In this document: positions 37,561 through 46,779 of the stretch, one piece after another
Position numbering within the stretch: the stretch's first letter is position 1
Layout: each line of letters opens with the position of its first letter
Origin: Candidatus Shapirobacteria bacterium
GTDB lineage: Bacteria > Patescibacteriota > Microgenomatia > UBA12405
Assembly (NCBI GenBank): GCA_016188545.1
Contig: JACPHO010000003.1
Span: 1-52,120, forward strand
DNA: 52,120 bases
Direction: 5' to 3'
Program-made: the position numbers and the translations under genes
The notes under the pieces: generated by a model
Database searches by the model: none
What the model saw: the letters and a program-made list of their open reading frames with translations, nothing else
What the model was told of the DNA's origin: nothing

Positions 37561-37675
37561 CCCACTATATTCCAACAACACATCACCTCAAAACGTTTAT
37601 CACTCAAATACTATCTCTGCTAAACAACCAACTCAAAAAAATATCAAAGAGTAACTTAATCTATGTTAATATATC

Positions 37676-38158
37676 CTAGTTTCTAAAAGTCACTTTCACC
37701 TCTCTAGATAATGGTGAGCCGCCTACTTTAGCTGTTAATTTAAATGTCCCCTCTTTTACCGACGTCATTGAAAATGTGGCTTTACCATCGCTATTAGTTG
37801 TCACTATACTAGGTAAAATTACGTCCATTCCCTCCAAAGAAACCTGTTTTCCGAGTACACCTTTACCGTTTTTATCCATAATAAATACATTTATCACACA
37901 CTTATCCTTTCCATCAGCCTTAGCTAAAATTCGCTCACCCAAAATTTTTGAATCTTCCAAAGATATTACCGTTGCTGGAGCAGCTTTTGTCATCGTCACC
38001 AGCGCCTTAGGAACCACATAAGCCGCCATTCCGTATGTAAACCCCAGAGCTAAGACAATCAACCCCATCCTTAGATACAAAGTACGGTTTCCACTCATAA
38101 TGTATGATACCACAAAACCAAATAAACCAAGGTTTTCCGCCAATCTAACACTCAACAC
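37676..38158 (-). CDS. Small TM-anchored bacterial Ig-like (Big_1-type) domain protein, paralog of ORF 33021
   Basis: TM, then KCVINVFIMDKNGKGVLGKQVSLEG..TTNSDGKATFSMTSVKEGTFKLTA. GTG 38158 or ATG 38098 could be the start. Confidence 0.68.
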   Translation of the reverse strand: MLSVRLAENLGLFGFVVSYIMSGNRTLYLRMGLIVLALGFTYGMAAYVVPKALVTMTKAAPATVISLEDSKILGERILAKADGKDKCVINVFIMDKNGKGVLGKQVSLEGMDVILPSIVTTNSDGKATFSMTSVKEGTFKLTAKVGGSPLSREVKVTFRN

Positions 38159-38592
38159 TATCTAGTGCTAATGTAAAAACAATGTATTTTTACCCTATCA
38201 TTTCGATAAATATATTTGTGCCGTACTCAGTCTAATCTCCTTATGGGACTATTTTTCTATTGAAAAAATATAAATACCATCCAATTAGTCTTTTACTAAC
38301 AAACTCAAGCTAAATACATCAGCTAATATCATTCTGGGACTAGTAAAGGAAAGGTCTTGAATAATCAATTATAACTATCATTTAGGATCACACTATCTTA
38401 ACCGCAGTTCTCCGCATAAGATCAACTAACTAATGAAATATTTTATTATAGATAAATATAATTAATCATTGTTTGATAGTAGATTAAATAGTGTGTAAAT
38501 CATTGTGAAAGATAACCGCAGTAGAAATTCGGTGAATATACTATATCATCTATACTATCAAAATATATCATTTCCTACCTATTTCCTGCCTG

Positions 38593-38621
38593 TTGACACA
38601 CTTTTCCTAATAGTAGATATT
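38593..38621 (+). promoter_or_regulatory. Candidate sigma70-like promoter (TTGACA-17 nt-GATATT)
   Basis: Perfect -35 hexamer at 38593-38598, 17-nt spacer, 4/6 -10 at 38616-38621. About 145 nt upstream of ORF 38764. Confidence 0.3.
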
Positions 38622-38763
38622 TATATTATTACTCATTAGCTTGATAATCATGTATAAAAAATATAATTCCAAAGCTAAAAGCTTATCACCGCTTTTAGAG
38701 CGTCTTGCCCCGCTATTCATTCTAGCTACGTCGTTTATTTGGCTCTGGAGATAACTTATTTCC

Positions 38764-39243
38764 ATGAACAATCTCTCTTCATATCAGTTGTGGTTAGAGC
38801 AACAAGGATATTCTGTCGCCACTATTCGCAACTACATTATCGATATTAACAAGTACTTAAATTTCGTGTCACAAACAGCTTCGGAAGAACCTGGAACTAT
38901 TGACAACCAATATCCTCTAATTTTTAGCATTGACTTACTCTCAGCCTATATCGACCAACTTACCGGTAATACTAACTCCCAAAGATACTTGGCATCTCTT
39001 TCTACCTTCTGCCAATTTGCTGTTGACCAGCAACTAATTAGTTCGAATCCTATCATCAAAATTCGCAAACAATCCAAAAAGACCATTGCTCCAAACCCAG
39101 TCAATGAGCTCCATCTTCAAAAGCTCTGCTTTAGTGACCACTTAATCAAACGCAATTACCCTCAAGTAACTATCCGTAACTATCTCAATGATGTAGAACA
39201 ATATATCAATTGGCTGGAAGCCCAAAATCTTGGACCTAAATAA
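38764..39243 (+). CDS. Integrase-N-terminal SAM-like (core-binding) domain protein; probably the 5' part of the downstream giant gene
   Basis: YQLWLEQQGYSVATIRNYIIDINKYLNFV ... YLASLSTFCQFAVDQQLISSNP forms one complete SAM-like domain. A second domain (HLIKRNYPQVTIRNYLNDVEQYINWL) begins and is cut by the stop. There is no recombinase catalytic domain. Confidence 0.7.
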   Translation: MNNLSSYQLWLEQQGYSVATIRNYIIDINKYLNFVSQTASEEPGTIDNQYPLIFSIDLLSAYIDQLTGNTNSQRYLASLSTFCQFAVDQQLISSNPIIKIRKQSKKTIAPNPVNELHLQKLCFSDHLIKRNYPQVTIRNYLNDVEQYINWLEAQNLGPK

Positions 39244-42200
39244 TCTAATCAATCAACTTCAATTTCAAAAATACGCGTCCGCCCTAACGGACCAAGGACT
39301 ATCTAATGCTTCCATCCGTCGCAAGCTTTCAACACTAACCACCTTTCATAAATTTCTGGCTAAGAAGAAATTAGTAACCCCACCTCTCTCTCGACTGAGT
39401 TCTCGGATTATGTTTGCGAGTAATCTTACTCCTCCCACCATTGCGCCGCGTCTCGACGTAGCTTCGGATATTCCTACCCCATCTAACCGTCTCAAATCAT
39501 TTTTCTTCAACCGTTACTTCATTGTTGCCTCTGTTCTCCTTCTCCTCTCTGGTCTTGGCTACACCCTCTACAGCCAAGTATTCAATCGCGCTAACAAAAA
39601 TCTGGCTTACTCTAGCGCCTCTTCACCAGTGGTTCCAAATCGCATTCTTTCCTTTCAGGGTAGGTTAACTGACTCCTCAGGTAATCCAATTACTTCTTCC
39701 ACTGGCATCACTTTTAAACTCTTTAACCTTGGAAGTGGTGGTACTGAACTCTACAACTCCGGTGCTGGTAATAGTCAAACAGTTATTCCCGATGATAATG
39801 GAATCTTTTCTGTAGTTATCGGTAAAAGTCATGGGCTAGGAATCCCCTCATCTGTTTTCTCTGAAAATGCCGAAGTCTGGTTGGAGATCACTTCCGGCGG
39901 CGAGACTATGAACCCCCGTCAGCAAATTGCCACTGTTGGTTACGCTCTAAACTCAGAAACTTTGCAAGGACTTCCTCCATCTGCTAGCGGTATAAAGAAC
40001 ACAGTGCTAGTCATTGATGGCTCCGGTAACCTAAATCTAGGAGAGACCTCCCCCACCATCATTTCTCAATCTGGCACACTTGGCCTAGTAGGTCAAGCTC
40101 TGCTCATTGGCGCCTCCGACACTTCAGGTGGCAATATAACCATTAATCCTGATGGTGCTGGTAAACTCATTCTTTTAACTGAAGGTAGTGGCACTACTGC
40201 TATTGGTGGTCTCATCGAAGCTGCCAATGCCAACTTAGCTTCAGGCAATCTTTATTCCGCCTACATCAACAATGACAATCGTGGCTACAACTTCCTTGAT
40301 TTCTCTAATTACAACATCGGCACCACCACTCTTACCTCCCGCTTCTCGGTCGACGCCTACGGCAACCTTACATCGGCAGGTTCAATAAATATATCAAATA
40401 ACCTCAGTACTGGCGGTACCATTACTTTTACAGGTTTAAATACTGGTTCTGGCACCACAGCCGTCTTTATTGATAGCTCCGGCAATCTGTCCATGCGTGC
40501 CCTCGGCACCCTCGCCTTCCAAGACACCACCGTTGGTACCACCTATGCTTTCACCAACGGCCTTACCAATAGCTCAAATACTATCACTCTCGGCGGTACT
40601 TTAACTCAAGACACTCGTCTCAATATTGGTAACACCGAAGTCTTTTACATTGACTACACCAACGGACGAGTTGGTTTTGGTAACACCGCCCCGGCATACA
40701 AGTTTGACTTTACTGGTATGACCAACTTTAATAACCGAATTTTTGTAGGTGATACTCTAACTGCCAGATCTGGAATCGGTATAACTGGCACCGCCACCTT
40801 CCAAAACAATGTTTCCGTTGGTGGTAGCGTCACCTTTTCTGGAATCCCCCTAGGCACCGGTTCAACCATTCTCTATATCAATGCTACTGGCAATTTAGTT
40901 CAAGGTACTCTACCTACAGGTTCTGTTGGCACCACCTATGCTTTCACCAACGGCCTTACCAATAGCTCAAATACTATCAGTCTCGGTGGCACTCTTTCTC
41001 AAAATACTAACCTAACTATCGGTGATACTTCTGTCCTATATTTAGGTACAATTGGTAATGTCGGTATCGGCACCACCGCTCCTAGTAAGAAACTTGATAT
41101 TGCTGGTGATATTAATCTAACTGGAACTATTTTTACTACTGGTACTAGTGGTAGTAGTGGTCAAATACTATCTTCTACTGGTACGAGTTTACAGTGGATA
41201 AATGCTAGTGCTGTAGGGACTACCTACACTGCTGGTACTGGACTAACTCTCTCCACCACTAATGTTTTTAGCCTTAATCTCGGTAATACTAATGTCTGGT
41301 TGGCTCCCCAATTCTTTGGTAATGGCGTTGGTATCACTGGTAATTTAACAATTGGTGGTACCTTTGTTTCAGTTGGATCAACTAATTTAGTTACCAATCT
41401 TAATGCTAATTATCTCAACGGTCTGGCTTCCTCTTCCTTTCTTCAAATTGGTTACACTGGTTTTGATAATTATCAAAATTGGATAGCCAATGTTGGCACT
41501 TCTAATCTTACTCTTGGTTCTACCTCAACTCTCACCTTTGCCGCCGGTACTGGATTATCAGCTAGTTTGATTGGTAATACTATCACCTTTACTAATACTG
41601 GTCTGGGAACCACCTATGGAGCTACCAATGGCTTAAATCTAACTTCAAGTAATTTTGGACTAGGTGGCACTCTAACTTCTAATACCATCATCAATACTTC
41701 TTCTAATTCATTATCATTTCTTGGTCTGGGTAATAGTCAATCACTTTTTATTGGTGCTAGTGGTTATGTTGGCATTGGAACAACTGATCCCCTTAGTGAA
41801 TTAACAGTCAATGGCATTATCGCCGCCAGTAAATATGCCAGTATTTTTGACTTTTCTCGCTATTTTCTTGACCCAGGAAATACAACAAGTACCAATGGCT
41901 CAGTCGCTCTCCATGGCAATGGATCTATTCTCTTTAACACTGAAACTATTGGTTCAACTCAGGTCACCATTCTTGCTAATTCCTCAAGTCGTATCAAAAG
42001 TTTTGCCAACGGATTATCTATCGCCACCAATATTGGTACCACCGGAATTGGTTCAACTATCAATTGGAGTAATGTTTTGTTTATCAAAAACAATGGTTAT
42101 ATAGGTATCGGAACAACCAGCCCCACACACAAATTTGAGCTTACTGACACTACTAATGACTATCTTGGATACATTTATAATGTTGGTACCACCACTAACT

Positions 42201-45200
42201 CTGGTGGTCTCTATATCCAATCAGACGGTTTTGGCAACCTCCTCACACTCAACAACTCTAGTTCCGATATTCTCACTGTTTCTCCAGTCCAGACGGTTAT
42301 CAATAATCCAGTTAGTTTTACCAGCCCTGGTGACATTTCCGTTGCAAATGATTTAGTCTTCACTAACCCTACCTCCTCCACCATCCGTACCAGCTCTCCA
42401 CTTTACCTAACCTCAGGCGAAGTTTTTAATTCTTCAAATCTAAACCTGACTACTTACAATAGTGGAAAACTAGTCCTCGACACCCCTGGTGGAGTTGTTC
42501 TTTCTCAGGCCCAAAGTTGGACCCTGGGTACCGGCACCACTTCAACCACTGCCCTCAATATTCAGTCGGGACTGCTTAATATTGACACCGCTAACACTCG
42601 TATCGGTATTGGTACTACTACACCCTCAAAAAAACTTGATATTGTCGGTGATATCAATCTGACTGGAACCATTTTCACCACTGGTACTAGTGGTAGTAGC
42701 AGTCAACTACTATCATCAACAGGAACTGGTTTACTCTGGATTAATTCATCCAGTGTCGGTATCACCTATTCTTTTACCAACGGCTTAACAAATACATCAC
42801 AAACTGTCAGAATTGGTGGCACCTTAACCCAAAATACTAGTATCGGAACATCATCGTTTACTCTCAATTTCGGTCAAGGCAATACCCAAGCGCTTTTTAT
42901 AAACTCAAAGGGTTATGTTGGTATTGGTAACACAAATCCCACCGATAATTTCATGGTATACAATACCTCTTCTGCTGCCAATACAACTGCAGAAATAAAT
43001 AATAACTTATCCACCAATAACGCTATATTAAAAGTATACAATTCTACAGGTAATGGTGGTTTAACCCTCGCCAACTATGGTTTAACTCGAACAGGCACTT
43101 TTCTCGGTATCGCCGTATCAGACTCAGTTAGTATCTATTCTCAAGCTAGAATAGCCATTGGCACACTCAATAATAATCCATTAATGATTGGAACCAGTGA
43201 CACTACTCGAATGACAATACTGTCTAGTGGAAATATTGGAGTTGGTACCACCAATCCCGATGGAAAATTACAAATAAACGGAGGTTACACAATAGTTGAT
43301 AAAGATTATGGAATTATTAACAGTGGAGTAAATACTGGTACTCGTAACAATATTTGGGGATTATCATCCATCTATCCTGACTACGGCATCAGCTACTACG
43401 AAGGTTCTACAGATTACATCGCTTTTCACCCGAATGGTGTTCCCTCCTCCTCTAGCATGATAATAAACAGTAATAGCTATGTTGGTATCGGTACCACCTC
43501 ACCTACAGGACCACTCGAGGTTAAAGTCAATGGTACTGGTGGTACGATTGCCCTAGCAATTTCTACCAACGGTCGAGTCGGAATTGGTACCGCCCCTGGC
43601 TCCACCTACAAATTCCATGTTTTAGGAAATAGTACCGCTGGCGCAGCCTTAATTGACAATACCGCTACCGGTATCACCACCCCCACATTGATTGTTCAAA
43701 CCTCATACACTGGTCTTGGTACTACTGGTGCGGAGTTTATCCGTTTTCTTAATAATGCCGGCACAACGGCAGGACGTATTCGCTTTGCCACCAACCAGAC
43801 CACTCTTGTATATGCTACCACCGGATCCGGAGACTTTGCCGAATATGTGATTGCTTCTGAGCCAACCAGTGAAGGGGATCTTATTTCTTTCTCAAATGGC
43901 AGTTTTACCAGATCAACGTCAGACAAACCTCTAGCCGGAATTCATTCTTCATATGCCACGTTTGTTGGAAATGAACAAAACGCTGATAAACCAAACGCCT
44001 TCCCTTTGGCCATCGCTGGTATAGTCAAATTAAAAGTCAGCACACAAAACGGCCCAATCCATCAGGGTGATCCCCTCGCTGGTAGTGATATAGTTGCTAC
44101 TGCCGCAAAGGCAGTTAAATCAGGATACATCGTCGCCCGTGCACTTGAGGACTATACCAATCCAGATCCAAACCAAGTTGGTATCATCGAAGTTATCGCC
44201 AATCTCAATTGGTACGACCCCGACATTATGCTCACCGACTCTGGAGAGATCAATGTTAACCGCAATATTTCCGACGAGGTCCTAGCTTCCCTCGGCTACA
44301 CTGCTTCTAAAAACGAAATTGAAGTTGCTCAGTACAGCCTCAACGACTCACTCGGCCACTCAATCACCAGACTCGCTCAGTTCGCTCAAATTTCTTCGGC
44401 CAAAATAAAAGCTGGTCTAGTTTCCACCACTAATTTAATAGCCAAGAACATCGTTGCCGAAACCACCAAATCAAAAGGAGTCCAAACAGCCATCCTCACT
44501 CCGCTTTCTGACATCAGCGACACCATCGTCGTCGAAGGTAAACTAGCCGCTACCGATATCCAGACAACTTCTGTTACCACCAATAGCTTAACTGCCAATG
44601 ACGCCACTATCTCCACCCTATATGCCGAAAACATTATCAACAGGGAAGGTAATTTTGGTCAACTTATGACCGACAAAATCACTGCTCTTCGCGAAGAAAT
44701 CAGAAATACAATTTCTAGCCTCGGTGTTACTGAACCGGTCAGCACTCCGTCCGTCCTCGTCGCCGAGGCTCCATCGTGGACCTACAACAACGCCACTTCC
44801 CAAACCGAAATCACCGGTGATATGGCACTTTCTAGCAATATGGTGATCGGTGCCAAACTTACTGTACTTGGTGACACTCAACTAGGTAATGCCTTCATCA
44901 CTGGTACTTTCACCGCCGGTGAGGTTGCTATCAAAGATAACTTCATCGAAACCACCGCTTCGGTTCTACATATCCAACCCAGTGGTATTGGCGCCGTTCA
45001 CATCATGAACGACACCCTCATTATCGCCGAAAATGGTGAAGTCACTGTCACAGGTAATCTCGCCGTCACCGGCAACATCAACACTACTTCCCTTTTTGCC
45101 TCTCTTATCAATAGTAACGAAATCACTACCAAAAAATTAACCGCCGAAAGTATCAACGTCGCTACTGCTTCAGCTACTCCAATCATCGCCGAAGCCGGTT

Positions 45201-45517
45201 TTGCCGCCCTTGCCACCACTTCCGCATCACTCTCCACCAATGCCACTGCCGGTACCGCCATTCTCCCTGCAGGTAAAACCGAGCTTGTTATCCACAACTC
45301 CAAAGTCACCACCGATTCTATTGTTTACCTAACTCCTGCCGGCTCCACTAGCAATCAAGTTGTCTATCTCAAATCCAAATACGTTAGTCCCACTCCGTCC
45401 CCCACCACAGCACCTGAATCCACTTCATCAGCCACCACTCCAGAATCGTCATTCACCCTAGCCATCGACCATCCTCTAGCCAACAACCTAACCGTTAATT
45501 TCTGGATAATTAATTAA
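39230..45517 (+). CDS. Giant tail-fibre-like surface protein (2095 aa) with cytoplasmic SAM-like half-domain, one TM and a repetitive extracellular fibre
   Basis: No ATG near the 5' end (TTG in the track). N-terminus GLSNASIRRKLSTLTTFHKFLAKKKLV is the second half of a SAM-like domain. TM YFIVASVLLLLSGLGYTLY. Repeated VGIGTT.P..KLD..GDINLTG and NLNANYLNGLASSSF motifs are typical of phage tail-fibre-like proteins. Also has a GDFAEY...IAGIVKLKV..GPI..GDPL module. Confidence 0.8.
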   Translation: MDLNNLINQLQFQKYASALTDQGLSNASIRRKLSTLTTFHKFLAKKKLVTPPLSRLSSRIMFASNLTPPTIAPRLDVASDIPTPSNRLKSFFFNRYFIVASVLLLLSGLGYTLYSQVFNRANKNLAYSSASSPVVPNRILSFQGRLTDSSGNPITSSTGITFKLFNLGSGGTELYNSGAGNSQTVIPDDNGIFSVVIGKSHGLGIPSSVFSENAEVWLEITSGGETMNPRQQIATVGYALNSETLQGLPPSASGIKNTVLVIDGSGNLNLGETSPTIISQSGTLGLVGQALLIGASDTSGGNITINPDGAGKLILLTEGSGTTAIGGLIEAANANLASGNLYSAYINNDNRGYNFLDFSNYNIGTTTLTSRFSVDAYGNLTSAGSINISNNLSTGGTITFTGLNTGSGTTAVFIDSSGNLSMRALGTLAFQDTTVGTTYAFTNGLTNSSNTITLGGTLTQDTRLNIGNTEVFYIDYTNGRVGFGNTAPAYKFDFTGMTNFNNRIFVGDTLTARSGIGITGTATFQNNVSVGGSVTFSGIPLGTGSTILYINATGNLVQGTLPTGSVGTTYAFTNGLTNSSNTISLGGTLSQNTNLTIGDTSVLYLGTIGNVGIGTTAPSKKLDIAGDINLTGTIFTTGTSGSSGQILSSTGTSLQWINASAVGTTYTAGTGLTLSTTNVFSLNLGNTNVWLAPQFFGNGVGITGNLTIGGTFVSVGSTNLVTNLNANYLNGLASSSFLQIGYTGFDNYQNWIANVGTSNLTLGSTSTLTFAAGTGLSASLIGNTITFTNTGLGTTYGATNGLNLTSSNFGLGGTLTSNTIINTSSNSLSFLGLGNSQSLFIGASGYVGIGTTDPLSELTVNGIIAASKYASIFDFSRYFLDPGNTTSTNGSVALHGNGSILFNTETIGSTQVTILANSSSRIKSFANGLSIATNIGTTGIGSTINWSNVLFIKNNGYIGIGTTSPTHKFELTDTTNDYLGYIYNVGTTTNSGGLYIQSDGFGNLLTLNNSSSDILTVSPVQTVINNPVSFTSPGDISVANDLVFTNPTSSTIRTSSPLYLTSGEVFNSSNLNLTTYNSGKLVLDTPGGVVLSQAQSWTLGTGTTSTTALNIQSGLLNIDTANTRIGIGTTTPSKKLDIVGDINLTGTIFTTGTSGSSSQLLSSTGTGLLWINSSSVGITYSFTNGLTNTSQTVRIGGTLTQNTSIGTSSFTLNFGQGNTQALFINSKGYVGIGNTNPTDNFMVYNTSSAANTTAEINNNLSTNNAILKVYNSTGNGGLTLANYGLTRTGTFLGIAVSDSVSIYSQARIAIGTLNNNPLMIGTSDTTRMTILSSGNIGVGTTNPDGKLQINGGYTIVDKDYGIINSGVNTGTRNNIWGLSSIYPDYGISYYEGSTDYIAFHPNGVPSSSSMIINSNSYVGIGTTSPTGPLEVKVNGTGGTIALAISTNGRVGIGTAPGSTYKFHVLGNSTAGAALIDNTATGITTPTLIVQTSYTGLGTTGAEFIRFLNNAGTTAGRIRFATNQTTLVYATTGSGDFAEYVIASEPTSEGDLISFSNGSFTRSTSDKPLAGIHSSYATFVGNEQNADKPNAFPLAIAGIVKLKVSTQNGPIHQGDPLAGSDIVATAAKAVKSGYIVARALEDYTNPDPNQVGIIEVIANLNWYDPDIMLTDSGEINVNRNISDEVLASLGYTASKNEIEVAQYSLNDSLGHSITRLAQFAQISSAKIKAGLVSTTNLIAKNIVAETTKSKGVQTAILTPLSDISDTIVVEGKLAATDIQTTSVTTNSLTANDATISTLYAENIINREGNFGQLMTDKITALREEIRNTISSLGVTEPVSTPSVLVAEAPSWTYNNATSQTEITGDMALSSNMVIGAKLTVLGDTQLGNAFITGTFTAGEVAIKDNFIETTASVLHIQPSGIGAVHIMNDTLIIAENGEVTVTGNLAVTGNINTTSLFASLINSNEITTKKLTAESINVATASATPIIAEAGFAALATTSASLSTNATAGTAILPAGKTELVIHNSKVTTDSIVYLTPAGSTSNQVVYLKSKYVSPTPSPTTAPESTSSATTPESSFTLAIDHPLANNLTVNFWIIN

Positions 45518-45538
45518 GTTCATTGACTATCACCGTAT

Positions 45539-45559
45539 TCATAAATCATAATTAATAAA
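45539..45559. repeat. Heptamer array tcataaa/tcataat/taataaa in the spacer after the giant gene
   Basis: Three 7-nt units of the same family as 32979-33013. Confidence 0.7.
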
Positions 45560-45573
45560 CTAAAAATATATTT

Positions 45574-46779
45574 ATGTCCGAGCTCACACCAGACCAGATT
45601 AACCAACTTCAAGAACTTGGAATAAATGTATCTAAATTATACTCTAGTGTATCAAAAGAAATCAAACAACCTCCTATTTTTACCCCATCTTTCGATCAAA
45701 GCAAAAAACGACCAGTCGTCAGCACTCAGACAACTCGACTGCTACCCCTTCTCTCCATTACTGGACTTACTTTAATTTCCTTCGGAGGTTTAGTTTTCTT
45801 CAAAACCAAATCCACTCCACAACTACAACCTGTTTCTGCAATTAAACCTACTCCCACCCAAGTTCCCAAGTCTATCCAACACTACCTTCTCACCTCTCAG
45901 CAACTTTTTACCAAAGCACTTACAGCCCAATCCCAAACCAACCAAGTCAAAACGGTTGCCTACTTAAACCAATCAATTATCGAGGCAACTGAGGCCATTA
46001 AACTCTTCCCTCGGGACTATCGTGGCTACGAGCAACGCGGTCGCATCTACCAAAGCTTAGTTGACTCCCAACCCCAAGTTCTCTCACTTGCTATAGCTGA
46101 CTTAACTCAAGCCACCACTCTCAACCCCAGTTCTGCCGAAATCACTCGTTCTCTCGCTACCCTCTACGCCCGTCAAGGCAATGTCGACAACACCATCAAC
46201 TATCTTGCCCAAACTGTTAGTCTCGAACCGACCAAGGCCCAAAACTTCTATGATCTAGCCCGTCTCCAGCAACAAACCGGTCGCCTTCCCGCAGCTCTCG
46301 ATACTTACAATCGCCTCATCACTATTATCGCTGACCCCATTCAAAAGACACAAGTCGAAACCGAAAAATCAACTATTGAAAGATTGCTCACCCAAAACAA
46401 GACTTCTTCTACCTTTCTTAGTTCACCCACCATTATTCCCACTCCCTCAATTGTCTTACCAGATCAACCGTCCCTTATACAAGCCAACACTGGGGCGGGA
46501 CTAATTATAGCTGCTCCTGAAACCGCCAAAGATATTTCCGTCAAAAACCTAGTTGATACCAATTCATTTTCTGGGACAGCCACTCTTCCTGCCAATCAAA
46601 AATCAATTTCTATTCAAAACAACCTTCTGTCTCCCACCTCACAGGTTTACATCACCACCGTTAAAGGCGGCAAAAATCTTTCCCTCCAAGTCCTTAGCAA
46701 ATCCAAAGATAGTTTTATCGTCGGTCTTGACACCCCAGCCAACGAAGCCATCTCTTTTAAGTGGTGGATAATTGAATAA
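45574..46779 (+). CDS. TM-anchored TPR-repeat protein with a C-terminal beta-domain shared with the preceding giant
   Basis: TM LLPLLSITGLTLISFGGLVFF. TPR units (YRGYEQRGRIYQSL.., ..LATLYARQGNVDNTINYLAQTVSLEP, AQNFYDLARLQQQTGRLPAALDTYNRL). The C-terminal 71 aa aligns with the giant's C-terminus. Confidence 0.8.
   Translation: MSELTPDQINQLQELGINVSKLYSSVSKEIKQPPIFTPSFDQSKKRPVVSTQTTRLLPLLSITGLTLISFGGLVFFKTKSTPQLQPVSAIKPTPTQVPKSIQHYLLTSQQLFTKALTAQSQTNQVKTVAYLNQSIIEATEAIKLFPRDYRGYEQRGRIYQSLVDSQPQVLSLAIADLTQATTLNPSSAEITRSLATLYARQGNVDNTINYLAQTVSLEPTKAQNFYDLARLQQQTGRLPAALDTYNRLITIIADPIQKTQVETEKSTIERLLTQNKTSSTFLSSPTIIPTPSIVLPDQPSLIQANTGAGLIIAAPETAKDISVKNLVDTNSFSGTATLPANQKSISIQNNLLSPTSQVYITTVKGGKNLSLQVLSKSKDSFIVGLDTPANEAISFKWWIIE

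Noticed and set aside
38764-39420. XerD-like tyrosine recombinase or mobile-element integrase
   Set aside because: Only N-terminal SAM-like core-binding domains are present. No catalytic R-H-R-Y domain follows. Instead there is a TM helix and a giant ectodomain.
39230-45517. Prophage, because of tail-fibre-like repeats
   Set aside because: No capsid, terminase, portal, tail-tube, lysis or integrase genes occur anywhere in the window. The protein is membrane-anchored and embedded among cellular surface-protein genes.
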